In this document: positions 46,527 through 59,749 of the stretch, in pieces
Layout: each line of letters begins with the position of its first letter
How positions within the stretch are numbered: the first letter of the stretch is position 1
Assembly: GCA_030704615.1 (NCBI GenBank)
Contig: CM060734.1
Location: 35,774,001 to 35,838,000 of the forward strand
Source: Takakia lepidozioides
Taxonomy: Eukaryota; Plantae; Bryophyta
Length of the DNA: 64,000 nt
Direction: 5' to 3'
Position numbers and translations under genes: made by a program
Notes under the pieces: model-generated
What the model was told of the DNA's origin: nothing
Databases searched by the model: none
The model's input: the letters and a program-made list of their open reading frames with translations, nothing else

Positions 46527-47520
46527 TGTGAATGGTATGCAAGTGGTATGCCAGGGAAACCTCGAATGCGCTTCCTCCAGACATATTAAAGTATACCATC
46601 ATGTCAGGGAAACCTTGATTGCAATTTCCTCTAGATATATCTTACATCATTTTAGTGATATGCCAGGGAAACCTCGACCGCGGTTTCCTCGAAGCTCTTG
46701 AACGCCCTGCACCACATCAAGTGTTTAGTGATCCACAAGCTCATCTCACTAATCTAATCTACTTATATTCGCATCCACTAATCCACTAATCCATAGAACC
46801 CGCTGTTTGCTTTGGGAGCCAAGATAAGCAATATTAAAACAGTCATGACCCTAACGAGCCTAAACCCACCCCTAACCTCATCCATTTTACACTCATCCGC
46901 TAAAATCATCTATGGATAACAAACATGACCATGGAGCATGCGGCATGGGGCCTCATGGGGGAAGGCGCATGGGCACACATGCATGGCGAGTTGGCTATCA
47001 TGGGGCATGGCCAAGAGGGCCCGGAGGCCTGCTCCTGGCATTAGTGACAAAGCCCATTAATGTCCTGCTTGTAGGGACAAGGCCTCTTTGGAGGCTAATC
47101 CTAGATTACAAATATCCCGAGGCGTCGCTAGGACCTGAACATGATGCAAAGTCGGTGCCCTACAAGTACGGTCACAGCAAACGTAGAATACAGTAAAATG
47201 GAGAGCGTGCGCTAAATACAGCAACTCTGGCGATAGGAATGAAGGCAATTTCGGTGCGAGGGAGAGCAGCTGAGATGCGGGGACTGTAAAGACGATGCAG
47301 GGATGGGGCAGTGCGCGGGCACGAGGGAGCGGCACACGAGAGGGGGACGGGTTGATGCACACGGGAGCGCTTGAGGAGCAAATGCTTTAGCTCAAGTGGG
47401 AGGGAAGTTGAGTGGTGAGATAGAAGAGAGAGGGTGGAAGGGGAAAGGGAACAGATAGAGATACAGGTGGAAATGCATGCACAATCTGCTCACTACGAAC
47501 ATCGGAGAGCGTGAAGTGTC

Positions 47521-48386
47521 ATGGGAAACACAGTTGTGAGAGAGGACAAGGGCAGGCCGGTCCCTGAAGGTGTTACCGACAACGCTGCCCACAGGATTTC
47601 ACAGAATTACGGTGCAGCACCGTCTGGGCACCATCAGCAACACCCCCAATATCTGCATGGCGATCCTAGCCGATTTGGGCATGTGGGTTCCAATGTATCA
47701 ATGGGCCATAGCCCGCCAGATAGTCCGAACAGCGCTGCACGCTCGCCTCTAATGTTCACTCCCCAGGTATTTTCTTCTCGCATTCTCCTTTTCAGAACCT
47801 GTTAGCGTCGATTACTCCGTACTCGGAGTGGTTGGATCTTGAGAAGGTTATGCTGACCATCCTCCAGGCGATTGGATATGACGGAGGACTGGAAAAAGTA
47901 TATTTCTGGTTAGTGTATGAGCGGGAGATGTGAGCTGATCATAGGTGCACGATGGAGGGGGAGAGGGAGAGGGAGAGGGGTTTCCTGTTTGTTTGGATAT
48001 TTTCACCTTGCAGCTTCAACTCCAACTCATCTTACATATTTGTCCACAACTTAGTCATCTTTAAAAGCTAGAGGATATGGAAAGAGACAGAGATTTACTC
48101 TGCAGTCTCACTATCATATGGTATATCAGGTCATATTTTAAAGAACCTAACCTGATTAGGTTTGGGTTATTAAACATGTGGGCCACCAAGCAGGTTCCCA
48201 TGGTTCCAATCCCCAAGGTACATGAGCTGGGATTGATGTCAGGATACCAACAAACAGGGGAGATGTACAATGGACCACAGTTATATGAAGAGCCTGACCG
48301 AGGCATGGCCACCATGATTGTTTGGAGCCATGGCGGTAACTCTGTAGATATTCAAGGATCTTGGGACAGCTGGTCAACAAGGTGCA

Positions 48387-48429
<43 letters not shown>

Positions 48430-49538
48430 TACACACACAAGACATCATTTTCTAGGAGGTATATGGTAGTGTTGACCCACAATACCTACATTTACTAGGG
48501 CCCATGACTATGACATCCATGTCTTGACAAGTATTGTGCTTCATGAGATGGTCTTTAGCTTTTCAACTATCTTCCTCCCTCTGTGATAAAGTTCCTTTCT
48601 TTCTCCCACCCTGTGCCGTTGCACGGTTGAGAAGTCGTTACCACACTTTACATAGGTCAAGTCCTAGTTCAACCACACTCTCATACTGCCAGCCTCAGAG
48701 AGCTGCAGTAAGGAACAGCGAGGAAGATAAGGGAGCTGCTGCATGGTCACATATTGGTTGCTACTGTACTCTCTCACAATTTTCACCCGTGGCTACCAAA
48801 CAATTGTTTGTAGGGGTCAACCTTCGACTAAAGCATACATAGCGTACCTCTGCAGTCTAGAGTTGCAGTCGATTCAAGAACTGCCTGAGTGTGTGTCAAT
48901 TGTGAGGTGGCAGAGTGGTGAACTAACCTATTTGTTGAAGTTGCAGCCAAAAGCTACAGCAATATGGGAAGGATTTCACGATTATCAAAGTTCTACCATC
49001 AGGAGTTTATCAGTTCAGGTTCATTGTGGATGGTGAATGGAGATATGCTCCTGAGCTGCCTGTGGTCTACGATGGGAATTGCATGAATAATGTGATAGAT
49101 GTGCAAGTAAGGTTCCTTACCATTATTTCATTGATTTGCTCTGCAATCAACCACCAGGGTAGAGATGACTACAGAATGGGGAGCTGACAGACTAAAGTCT
49201 GTGGCTAATTGCAGGACTACGTCCCTGAAAATCTGGAGAATGTTGCGGGCTTTGAGCCTCCAAGGTCACCCGAATCCACCTACAATGACCCCTTTCCAAG
49301 CGCTGAAGAGTATGCCAGAGAACCTCCGGCAGTACCTCCACATCTGCATTTAACGCTGCTAAATGTGCCTCAAAACATGGACAACTCGGGAACTTTACCC
49401 AGGCCACAACATGTAATTTTGAATCATTTGTATGTAGAGAAGGGTAAAACTTCACGTTCTGTGCTTGTGCTCGGCTCGACGCAGCGCTTCCGTTCAAAAT
49501 ATGTCACCACTGTTTTGTACAAGCCCCTGGTGAAGTGA
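47521..49538 (+). CDS. SNF1-related kinase 1 regulatory beta subunit (AMPK-beta/KINbeta), 4 exons, 305 aa
   Basis: Exons 47521-47766, 48194-48381, 48947-49106 and 49215-49538. MGN myristoylation start, [14 protein letters not shown]48 ([15 protein letters not shown]) and ASC domain ([25 protein letters not shown]). Confidence 0.95.
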
Positions 49539-49619
49539 GTCTTTTGTCAAGACGGAAGGGGAACACTACTAGTGTTGAAGGCTCTTCTAAACCAAGGTAA
49601 TGGTACTTGTGTATGGTAC

Positions 49620-49620
49620 T

Positions 49621-49682
<62 letters not shown>

Positions 49683-49723
49683 TACTCATAAGACTTTGTT
49701 TGCCATAGCCTTGTTTGAAAGAG

Positions 49724-49756
<33 letters not shown>
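49620..49756. repeat. (TG)n(GA)n microsatellite containing LINE 3'-end copy 4 (~49680-49713, minus strand)
   Basis: tgtactcataagactttgtttgccatagccttg embedded in (GA)n. Confidence 0.75.
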
Positions 49757-49758
<2 letters not shown>

Positions 49759-50768
49759 TCCTTGTGAATCCTTGGTGGCATCATTCTGCAGCATGCAAAC
49801 CATTGGCCATAGTGCTTACACACCTCCATCCACAATATGGTTGAGTTGCTGTTTGAAGGCTGCCATCAACAACATCAAAGATGCTGATTTAAAGCTGGTG
49901 TAAACACCATCCATCAAGTCTTGGCACACCCATTCGCTGGGCTTTACTTATCACTTTCATTCACATTCATGTGGCAATTTCAGTCATCCCAGGAGGTGTC
50001 CAGCCAATATAGCTAGCTTCATGGGAATTTTGTACGGGAATCCATGTGCTGTTAAAGTTGTCGATTGAGTTGGTGTCCTTCCTTCAAAACTGAAATTTAA
50101 TGCATCATCACAAGTCATTTGGTCTTTGTCAAGCTTACAATTTATTGATGATTGGACTATCGACTGACAACACTACTCTAGCTGCTTGACTAAGGAACCT
50201 AGCACAGCCAAATGCAAGGACTTATGAGGTTGACAGACAAGTAAACTGATTCCTCTACCACCTGGATTTGATGGGGCTCAGAGTCATATCTCCTAAATTG
50301 AAAGTAGCTATGGACCAAAAATCAATTGGCTGAAACTGAGGCAAGATATTCCTGCGTTTGATGATTTAAACTATACCCCCGCACACATGGGGAAGCTATT
50401 GCTGATAAAAAGGACATGGGCAACCCTAGACAGTGTAACATGACTTTATGTGGTAGCTTCCATAAACAAGCAAGGGATGTGAAACCATGACCACTGCAGC
50501 CCTACCAGCTAAATCTGCAGAAGCCACACCTATACCCAGAAACAGCCCTTTAAGTTGACTTGCCATGTCACTGTATACAAAACTAGCACAAGGAAAGGCA
50601 ACACCTCTTCCTTATGCTAAAGAAAGGACAACCCCATAGCTTTCCATTTGTCCCCCTCTGCAAACTGCGTATTGCCCTATACTCCACACACCCAGCTGAG
50701 CCAATCTCTTACCTTTCAATTCTCTTCATTTGTTTCTGGAAATCATTCTGACAAAAAAATTTCGGCCT

Positions 50769-52499
50769 CTACTCAGACCTCTCCTTAACTACCCCAACCT
50801 CGGCAGGCCGAATAACTCTGTCATGCAGTGTATAGCCGTTCTGCCACCCATCCAAAGCCCTCCTGACTTATTTGACAGATCTCCACATTGACATCAAAAT
50901 ACATCAAAAATCAGAACAAGCAACTGTGGAGTCCAAGAGAAAAGCTTCCTGAATGTGACAAACATATGGCTGAGTTAGACTGCAACAAAGACCTGAATAC
51001 ATCAGGTTTAACATAGCAAATTCACATTGGCCACATCTTTGATAATAGTCCAGCTCATAATTATGTCCACAACTGTGAGAGAGAATAGGAGATCAACACC
51101 TACCTTCATAACAGAAGCCACCGTCCCGGGGGGCTTTGATGGATCCTCCACTTCAAACATTGCAGAATGGCGATTTGGATCGAATGGTTGCCCCGCAGGA
51201 TCAAACCTCTCTAACCCATTTAACTTAAACACCTGGGTCATACGACACACCAACAAAGCTATAATTTGATCAGCCACAAAAACAGAGAACAAGAAAAGCT
51301 AAGTTGACAATTCTGAACTGATTCTAGTCAACTCCAAAAACCTGGTCCAACTAGAGCAAGAAAAGTTCCACGCCAAACCTACCTGTAAAAGTTGCTTCTC
51401 CGTCATGTCCACACCTTGCCACAAAGTTTGAAGCAGTTTTGCTGCCCCAGAGGAGTCATCTGAGTCATTTGATTGGCGAAGAGTCTCAGGTACTGCTGCC
51501 CCTGCCCGCGCCAGGTTATCAGCAACATCCAGCAACCCTTTGGCAAACCCCTGTGATTGGCCACCATACTTTCCTTTGTCAGTCATACTGGGGTTGTCTT
51601 GTATCCAAATCCCACAACCACTAAACATGAAGCTCAGTGAGTCTTGGGGGGTGGTGGAAGTTAGAGGCTATCCATGTAGTCCAAACAGCCATGGACGGCA
51701 GTATTTCTTCCAAGCTGGGCACCTTCTGATCTGCAGTTAAGAAAAGAAGGCCCAGCCACACCAAATCACAACACACTTGGAAATCACAGGAATTGACATT
51801 GCAATTGCTATCTACATCTGTGACATATATGAGACTACACTTGGCAAACTAACTCACCTGGACAGCATACTTGCGGGAGTTCTCACCCTCCCGCATTGCC
51901 CTTTGCATCACGTTCTCCACCTCAGCGTAGCTCCTCAGCAACTTGTCCTTCAACTCCTGAATCTTTTTATCTCTGTCTTCCAGCTCAGCCTCTCTGTCCC
52001 CTAGCATCTCCAACAGCTCCTCCTTGCTGATCTCAGTTGCAGTTTCCTCCTCCCGGGGATCGTCTTCTTCAGTAGCAGGATCCTCTTTGGCCTCTAATTT
52101 AGCTGAGGGCTCAGCCCCTTTGACTGGCTCAGACGTTACCTCTCCTTCTATAGTGGTGGATGCATCATCTGTTGTAATCGTGTCTGGGGTGTCCGGCTTG
52201 CCTGCAATCTCAGGGGACACAGCCGATGAAAGACTAGCGTGCGTATGGAAACTTGTCCCAGAGGAAACCTGTGGCAGCCCATGATGAAGAGTCGTAGACA
52301 ACGCCGCCCGACGCTGCAAGAGTGACATCTTGAATTTCAGCACATTAGAGACTACTGGGGACAAGGCATCTGCATCCTTCAGAAGGTAGCTCGATCGAGA
52401 GTGACCTTGAACCGACACAGGCGGTGCACGGAAACATCGGATGTGTGGAGCCTTTTGAAATGCTTTCAGTAGCGCCCGCGCATGCCTCATGTTGCTCAT
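50769..52499 (-). CDS. grpE: Organellar (probably mitochondrial) GrpE nucleotide-exchange factor, 4 coding exons, 336 aa
   Basis: Exons 52499-51858, 51550-51383, 51232-51104 and 50840-50769. LRSYAEVENV, FAKGLLDVADNL, FDPNRHSAMF and GYTLHDRVIRPAEVGV; Arg/Ser-rich presequence. Confidence 0.93.
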
Positions 52500-52599
52500 T
52501 GTCTCTCACGCGCTCGGCCAGTAATCTCCTGCGCCCGAATGTGGAAATCAACGTGCGTGTCCTCGCCTTCCACTGTGGTCGATAAACCCTACTACTCTC

Positions 52600-52936
52600 T
52601 GAACCCTGAACCCTAAACCCTTGTGAAGCGATGCTTCTAGAATGCGCACTGCAGGAAGACGACGACGAGACCGTGGAACACTCTTGGAATTGACGGACAG
52701 AACTGTTGGATGAAAAGAAGAACAGGGCAACGGACGAGAGACGAGACCGTGGAACACTCTTGGAATTGACAGGCAGAACTGTTGGATGAAAAGAAGAGCA
52801 ACGGACGAGAGAGAAGCGACCAAATCTAGTTTATGTAGAATTTGCTTACCTTCAGCAAATGGGGTTTTAGGGTTTCCAGTTTCCACAGCACCATTTAGGG
52901 TTCGGAGGTTCAGTTGCTGGGAAGAAGTGCGCAGGG
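52600..52936. promoter_or_regulatory. Divergent promoter region GrpE/INTS7 with telo-box-like motifs
   Basis: Head-to-head ATGs 438 bp apart; AACCCTAAACCC at ~52609 and TTAGGGTT at ~52867 and ~52895. Confidence 0.5.
52663..52812. repeat. Two-copy ~75-bp tandem duplication in the putative GrpE 5'-UTR intron
   Basis: gacgagaccgtggaacactcttggaattgac..cagaactgttggatgaaaagaaga occurs twice. Confidence 0.85.
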
Positions 52937-55900
52937 ATGGGCGAGCAGGGAGCGTCGACTGGGGGGGCGCTCTCCACAAATGGTCTGATAGACATTGCAG
53001 CATCCAGAGCTATTCATTGGAATGTGGATCTGGATCGTGGTTTGCGGTCTTCGAAGCCTGGTGCACTCTCCTACTCTCTCGTTTCTACCACTTTTTAGGC
53101 AATGCAGCGTGACTGACAGTGCAATAACAGCAACACTTTGTCGCATCCGTTGGCAGGGGCACATTATGAGGCGATTCTTAAGACAGGGTTGCGAATGCTA
53201 TGGTGGAGCCAGGAACCAGTTGCCTCAGCCACCACTGCGGCCCTTTTCAAACTGGAAGCTGGCCAAGACCGGACATTTTCCAACGCAGTGGTGCAGCGTC
53301 TGGCTGAAGCTTTCCGCACAGGGAACAACTTCACACGGCTCTGTGTGTTGAAAGTATTTCTTCTTGCATCCCGGGGGCAAAGGCGGAATGGTCCTGCACG
53401 CGAGGGGTTACTGAGGAAGGAGAGAGTTGCGAACCATCCGGAGGTGTTGAGAAAGGTTAAGGTTGTGCTGGATAGCGGGGATGCAATCGCAAGAGCGCTA
53501 GCTCTCCGAATGATTGGATGCTTGGCCGAGTTTGCGGTGGATAGTGTTGATGTGCATCGACTGGTTGTTGATGCCCTGCAGTCTCCCCACCACAAGGAGG
53601 TGAGGTTAAAATCCATCTGTTGTGAAGTGGGAAGCAACTTACATCTCATTGGCAAAGGCCGAAAAACAAAAGATGCGCGATGCGCCTCTTACCTGTATGC
53701 CTGACAATGGTGGCATGTTGGTGATCAGGTGGAGGCAGCTTTTTATGCCATGGGGCGCCTGTGTGATTTATCTGTGGACTTTGCAGGGACTGCCTTTAAC
53801 AAAGTCGTTGAGATGGTCAACGCCATGGAAACACCTCCTGATGTTAAAAAGTGGGCAATCTGTGTCTTTGCAAAGCTGGGGCGTTCCTCTGCCCTTGCTC
53901 TTCGAGTGCAGGAGGTTTGTGTTTCTCTTGTTCTTCTCCCTCGACTTAATGCGGGATCTCTCTTTCTCCATATGTGTGTGAGGTGGATGGCTACGCCAGC
54001 TGTGTTGGAATCACCTTCTTGTATCACAGCATGAGGGCCTAGAATCAACTCTTTCCATTCCTTGACCTGATTGTCATTAAGTGCGCATAGGTCTATTACA
54101 GTCATGACTAGTGTCACACCTTGATGACTGAAAATACTATTGACCTACTTTGGGAGGTTTAATATCCTGTGGGCACTACTCTTTGAAGTCTATGGCATAA
54201 CTAATGTCCACAGGGAAAATGTTGAGTATGCTTTCTCGCGTGTGTTGTACTTGGAATTGGAGAGACAGTTTCATTGGTCCTGAAATGACCTCATGTGCTG
54301 GACAGGGATAATTTATGGACTGAGAGGGGTATATCACTGTAAGCAATTGGTCGACTGGATTGTGTGTAGGATGGTGTGTGCGACCTTGTGAAACAATAGC
54401 CAGTCCCCCCTTTTTACAGCAAGATATAGGGGGGACACTCATGAAAGGGGTCTACCTGTTAGGCACTTGCAAGCTGAGTATTTCTATGTGTTTGATGTAG
54501 GCAGGAAAAGAGGCGATGCTGCGTTTGCCCACCACAGACGTAGTGTCAACAATGCTCATTGCTCTAACGGGGCTCGCTGCTGAAGCGATTGTGACCACAT
54601 CCAGTCAGGTCAGCCATCTCATTCCTCTCTCCATATCTCGCAACTGATGTCTGTCACTCTGAAAGATTTGTTAGATGAATAGCTACTAACAGCATGTCTT
54701 TGTGGAAGTTCATTCCACTTACGACTATATTTCCGCCCTGTATTTTCTTGTTTCTCGTCCTGGCCTCCCTAGGTCGTGTGATCATCTGAGAGCTTGAAAG
54801 ATCTATGATATCAGATGGTGAGCCAAAACAATTTACTGATTTGTCATTCAAATCGTTGGTGATTAGAACATCTCCACAGCAGCACCCCAAGCGCCACGCC
54901 AATGGCACTTTACCGGTTGACAGCCTGCAACCCTAAATGAACTGTCCCCACCGCAGGCTCCACCCAGTGCAAGAGACTCCGGCCCCGTCACAGAAAGCTC
55001 CCCCTCCCGCCACTTTGTTGTAACATACCGGGCTCTAGAAACCCTCCTGCAAGCCTCTGGTCATCCTTTGTTGACCGCCAGGTGTTGCTGCATCTCCATT
55101 CTCCACCCCTCCATGCCATTAGGTGTAGCTGCCACTCAAGCGTTTAGGGTGGCGGTCAGAGGTCAATCGGTGGGGCAGGTTGGAGGTCAAAAGGTGGAGG
55201 CTCCACATAACACCCTGTAAAAGGGCCGCTGCTGGTGCTGTGCAGGGCCCTTTGGAGGTCAAGTGGTGGAGATGCTCTTAGCTGAATATCATGCAGTCCT
55301 CAGTTGTTACGACTAGGGTGAATACCAGAGCCAACACCATATATGTGGCGCAGATTAGTAAATATCCAGAAATTTTGGTTGCCTGAGTACTAGTATACAG
55401 TTTGTTTGTTTGATTTCTTCCCACTAAATTTCCAGCAAGCCTTGTCTCAATTGGGAATTTCCTGAACTGTGTGAATCGTTGCAGTTGTGTAGGCAATGCA
55501 GACCTGTTGCCATTCCATTCCATTTTCTTTTCTCCATTCCTTTTGGCGTTCTCACTCCCTCTCCTGTCTACATACCTCTTTCCCTTTCTTGCTCAATGTA
55601 GGCAGATGTGTGGCAGGTGGAATTGCTGTTGGCATATCTCAGCTCGGATCTCCGTGCTACTGTGCGTGCAGTTGCCCTGCAGTGCTTGTCAAAGCTAGCC
55701 CGCCAGGCTGCACGATCTACTGCCCTTGGTGGGAGGGACTTTGCTGTTCTTCTCTCAGTGGTGGAAGATGGTGGTGCTCCTCCCGCTTTACATGTCTTGG
55801 CATTCCAAGTTCTCACTAAGGTTAGCTGGCCTTCCCTCTATCTTGCCGTTCCTGGCAACAGTGCAGTGCTGTATCCAACTCCTTTCTTGTTGATTACAGG

Positions 55901-58900
55901 GTCTTTTACCCTCAATGTCTCTATGCTTAAATCAACACTTACGTAACTCTGAATGGAGTGCTGTCAGCTTTGCACAAGGGGTTATAGCCTTTCTGCTGAA
56001 CTTCCACCACACTGGTGGGTTTTTCACCCACTAGTGGATGTGGGGAGGGTTAGTTGTTTGACTATGCTCTCAATGGTATATGCAACCACAGTTTACTTCC
56101 TGAGTACATTTCTGTGTTTCTTATATCAACTGTTTTACCTGCGAATTTTGTAAGGTCTGATTTCAAGTCACTCAGGTTATTGACTGGTTTTAATTGCAGC
56201 TGTCATGTCACTATGTGATAATTTTGAGCAGAGACCAACTACAGAAGCTGGTCTCATTGGTTGAGCTTAGTGTACTGCACCATGAATGGTCAGTTGCTCA
56301 GGCAGCCCTGTCTTGCTTGGTCGAAACGGCATCCAATATCACCAGGCTAAGGAAGCCAAGAAGGAATGAAACAGAATCTGAGGAAGAAAGACAAGGGGCT
56401 GGCATGGCTGCTGTGAAAATTGAAAACACAAAGGAGGTTTTTGATGGGGGCCTGGGCGACAGCACAGTGACTCAGATTGACCTTGCTGTAAGAGTCGGCG
56501 TGCTTTTGTGTGACCAATTAGCTATTGCGGGCTCTGTCGCAAAGGGATGCACAGAAGGTAGGGGAATGGGGCCAATGAAGGGGGACCTCAAACTTTGGCA
56601 AGAAATTGAGGCAGAGACGAACACTGTGGTACTTGAAAAAGTCACTTCCCTATGTGAACTGGTGGCGCAATTGGTACATGGATGTCCCCATGCATCCTTA
56701 ATGATGATTGACTCAATAGCTTCAATGATTGAAACTTTCACAGAAGAACATTTGCAAGGGACGATGGGGCAGAGAGATGTACAGCAATCTGTGAAAGAAA
56801 TCTCTCAAATGGATGCTGACAGTAAAGCGGGGATGAAATCAGGTCCAGGAGAAAGCTTGAATGAGGGTAGTGAAATGGAGAGTCAAGAACTACCAATCCA
56901 GGTTAAGGTAGACGATGAAACAAAAGTAGAGTTTGTTCTTGCCCTTTGTCACTGCATATGTGTGTGTGTGCGTGATCTGGCGGCTGATGCCGGTGATGTG
57001 GAAGGAATCTACCAGAGACTCCACTATCTGGCCACTGATGTAGTGAAACTCGATCCTTCTTGTGAAATATTAAGGGCCATACTTCCAGCTCTAATGAGAG
57101 CTGGCGCAATCCATCGAGACATGAGCGAGAGGTCAGAACAATGTTATAGCCCTCTGGACTTGGTTGCCCCGCCTCCCTTTGCTGTCTCCAACAGGCATGT
57201 AAACATTCTAGTCCAACAGGTGGCACATCAGTTGAGGGAAAGGGGCAACTTTTGGTCTGCATATACGGTAGGGGTCAAGGCAGCAGAACATGGTCTGTGG
57301 GAAGCTGCACATTCAGCCTTTGAGTTTCTTGCAAAGAAAGTACAGTCTGATGGTTGTTACTTTTGGCTTGAGGGTCTTTCACAGCTTGCTGGGGCTGAAG
57401 CACTGCTTGCCAGTCTGAACACTAAAGAGACACACATGGATGAGCATGGAGGGACGGCCATCAATAGGGAGAGAAACGCAGGGAAAGCTGGTTTGACGGA
57501 GAGACCCATCTCTTTGGAGCTGTCAGGGAACACATCCTCCTCTGCCATGGCCTGGCTATCTGGACCAACAGCCATGGAGCTTGATGACAGGTCTGTGAGC
57601 AGAGGTCCAGCTGATTTACTAGGAAAGCAGGAGGAGAGTTTAGGGAGAGAAGACAGTATTGCACACGCTACCAAAGTTGGGGATTGTCAACATGGTATGC
57701 AGGGGTGCAGTGTCCTTGGAAAATTTGGAGAAGCAGCTGCAAAGGCGATCCCATTGCTACAGGGGGCTGCCAGTAAGCTGGCAGCAGGTGTTTGCTTGGG
57801 TAGGACTTTTGAGTTCCAGAGATGGCTCCTCTCCATTAGGCTTCGAATACTAGAGTGTGTGGTGGGGCTTTCAAGGGTTATGGAATCGATCTCTATGGAT
57901 TTTGTGGCATTGGATTCTGGGAATCCAGGTACAGGGCCATGGAACGCGAGGGCGTCTAATTTTGGTACCATGGATGGAGAATTTTCCAAAGGCACATCTT
58001 CAGGAGCAGGGAAACTAAGTCGAGGGTTTTCTGCTGGAGTAGGGGCTTCTAATATTGGGAGTGTAGATAAGGGTAGAATCGACATAAACTTGGGAGTTGA
58101 GGAAGTATGGGTCCCTAACATGGGAAGGTCAAGTGCAGGGATGTCAGATACAGGGACATCAAACATAGGAGGGTTGGATGCAATGACAGTGAATGTAGAT
58201 GAGATTTACAGGAGGCAAGCGGAGTCAACTTTTAAGGCCGTGGCAGAGAAAGCATCTGCTTTAGCTTCTCAAATGGGGAGTCTTACAAGAGAGTTAGACC
58301 TCCTTTGCATGTGCTTCATGGGAATAAACCGGGAGAGTCTTTGCTCTCTCACTGGGGCAGCGTTGAGCTCTTCCTTACTAGCCTTTTGCATACTCTTTTT
58401 TTTCTCTTTTGTCGACGTGAACAGAGATAGCCGACCACAACTTGGTGTACGGTCTGCTGCAGGCAACTTAGACCGCCGATTGAGGAGGTTCAATGGACTT
58501 GAATATTCAGAATTGTCACTCTTCTGCATAGAACAGGGGATGGATGGCACAATAAATAGTGAGGTAGGATTTGGAGGTGCCTCTGGACCTCCCCACAAAG
58601 CTGTCTCTCGTCTTTGCCAAAGGGCTATCAAGAGTGTGTTTCAGCTTCGCAGGGACGCTGCAGGTATGTTAAAAAAAGGGTCAGTGTGGGAACTCCGTGT
58701 GAAAGGGGTACAGTTACTGCAAGATGTGTTGGGGGAGTGGTTACGCCTGCCTTCTCCAATTCCAGGATTCTTTTTTTGTACACGGTATTCAGACACCCTA
58801 CCCTTTTCCTTCTTTCCCTTGTCCTGGAAGAGAATCGTGTCATTTTGTTCTGTTAAGGGGCCAAGGAAATGGCCTCAGGATAATTAACATGGAGCATTTG

Positions 58901-59749
58901 TGGTTGGGGTGGCTGAGATGAAGTTCAAAAGCAAAGTTCCATTTACATTTGGGTCATGTTTGAATTGTCTGCAGGCCACGAATTGGTGTGGAGCTGTTTG
59001 TTACCCAGACTGGAGGAGAAGAGTTGGGGGAACTCTCCGTGACCCAAGGCTCTGCACTTCTTGTAAATGTCTGTTTGCAGGTATCATATCCCCCATCAGG
59101 GAACTTCCCAAAAGCCAGGACACTGTTCTGTGTTCTCTCATACCGGGCAGTAGACAATACGTCTGTCCTGGAGGAAGATATGTATGCTGGGTGGAAAGTT
59201 GGGTGGCATGAAGGCCAAGCCCTCAATCCCTCTCTCTCTCTTAATCTCTCTCTCCTACAAAAGCTTGTCTTGAGAGCTAAGCTGGCTGGCTCTCCTGAAG
59301 CTGTCAAGATTGAGCAAGACCTGGTTCAGAGGGGCGGAACTGAAGGCAATGGTAGGCGAGAGCCTTTTGGTGGAGATGCTGGAAGGAGTATTAACCAGAG
59401 GCAGGCTTCCATCCACGGATGGGGATTGGCAACACCCCCTGTAGGGTTACCCACGGAGGAGGCATGTGGGAGCCAGGGTTTTGCCAAAAGAGGGAGGTTT
59501 GCACTCATTGATCACCTAGAATCCGGCAAGGGAGAGGATATTTCCTTGCAGGCTGGAAGAAGTTTTTTTTCCCTTGCAGTGGATGAGAAGGGCCAAGGAT
59601 TTGCCTCCTGTGTGTTGGATGTTGCCCATCTTCCATGTGGCCTATGTCACCTCTCTCTCCACTGTGTTTGTACTGACTCGAGAGGCAGACAATGGGTACT
59701 CCTCACATCTCATGTCCACCAGTCAGTCAAAATAATTCCAGCATCCTGA
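52937..59749 (+). CDS. INTS7: Integrator complex subunit 7 homologue, 7 exons, 1474 aa
   Basis: Exons 52937-53060, 53157-53599, 53729-53914, 54501-54608, 55617-55820, 56200-58784 and 58975-59749, frame-consistent. FSNAVVQRLAEAFRTGNNFTRLCVLKVF, DSGDAIARALALRMIG, NFWSAY..G..AA..G.W and IPGFFFCTRP. Confidence 0.88.
54866..55277. mobile_element. PIF/Harbinger (Tourist-like) MITE in INTS7 intron 4
   Basis: TIRs GAACATCTCCAC / GTGGAGATGCTC; TTA TSD at 54863-54865 and 55278-55280. Confidence 0.8.

Larger units (their letters stand above)
43903..47123. mobile_element. Non-autonomous Mutator-like element with long degenerate TIRs
   Basis: ~230-bp inverted termini beginning GGATATTTGTAATCTAGGATTAGCCTC..AGAGGC.TTGTCCCTACA. 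9-10-bp TSD (C)GTCGCTAGG at 43893/4-43902 and 47123/4-47132. Confidence 0.8.
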
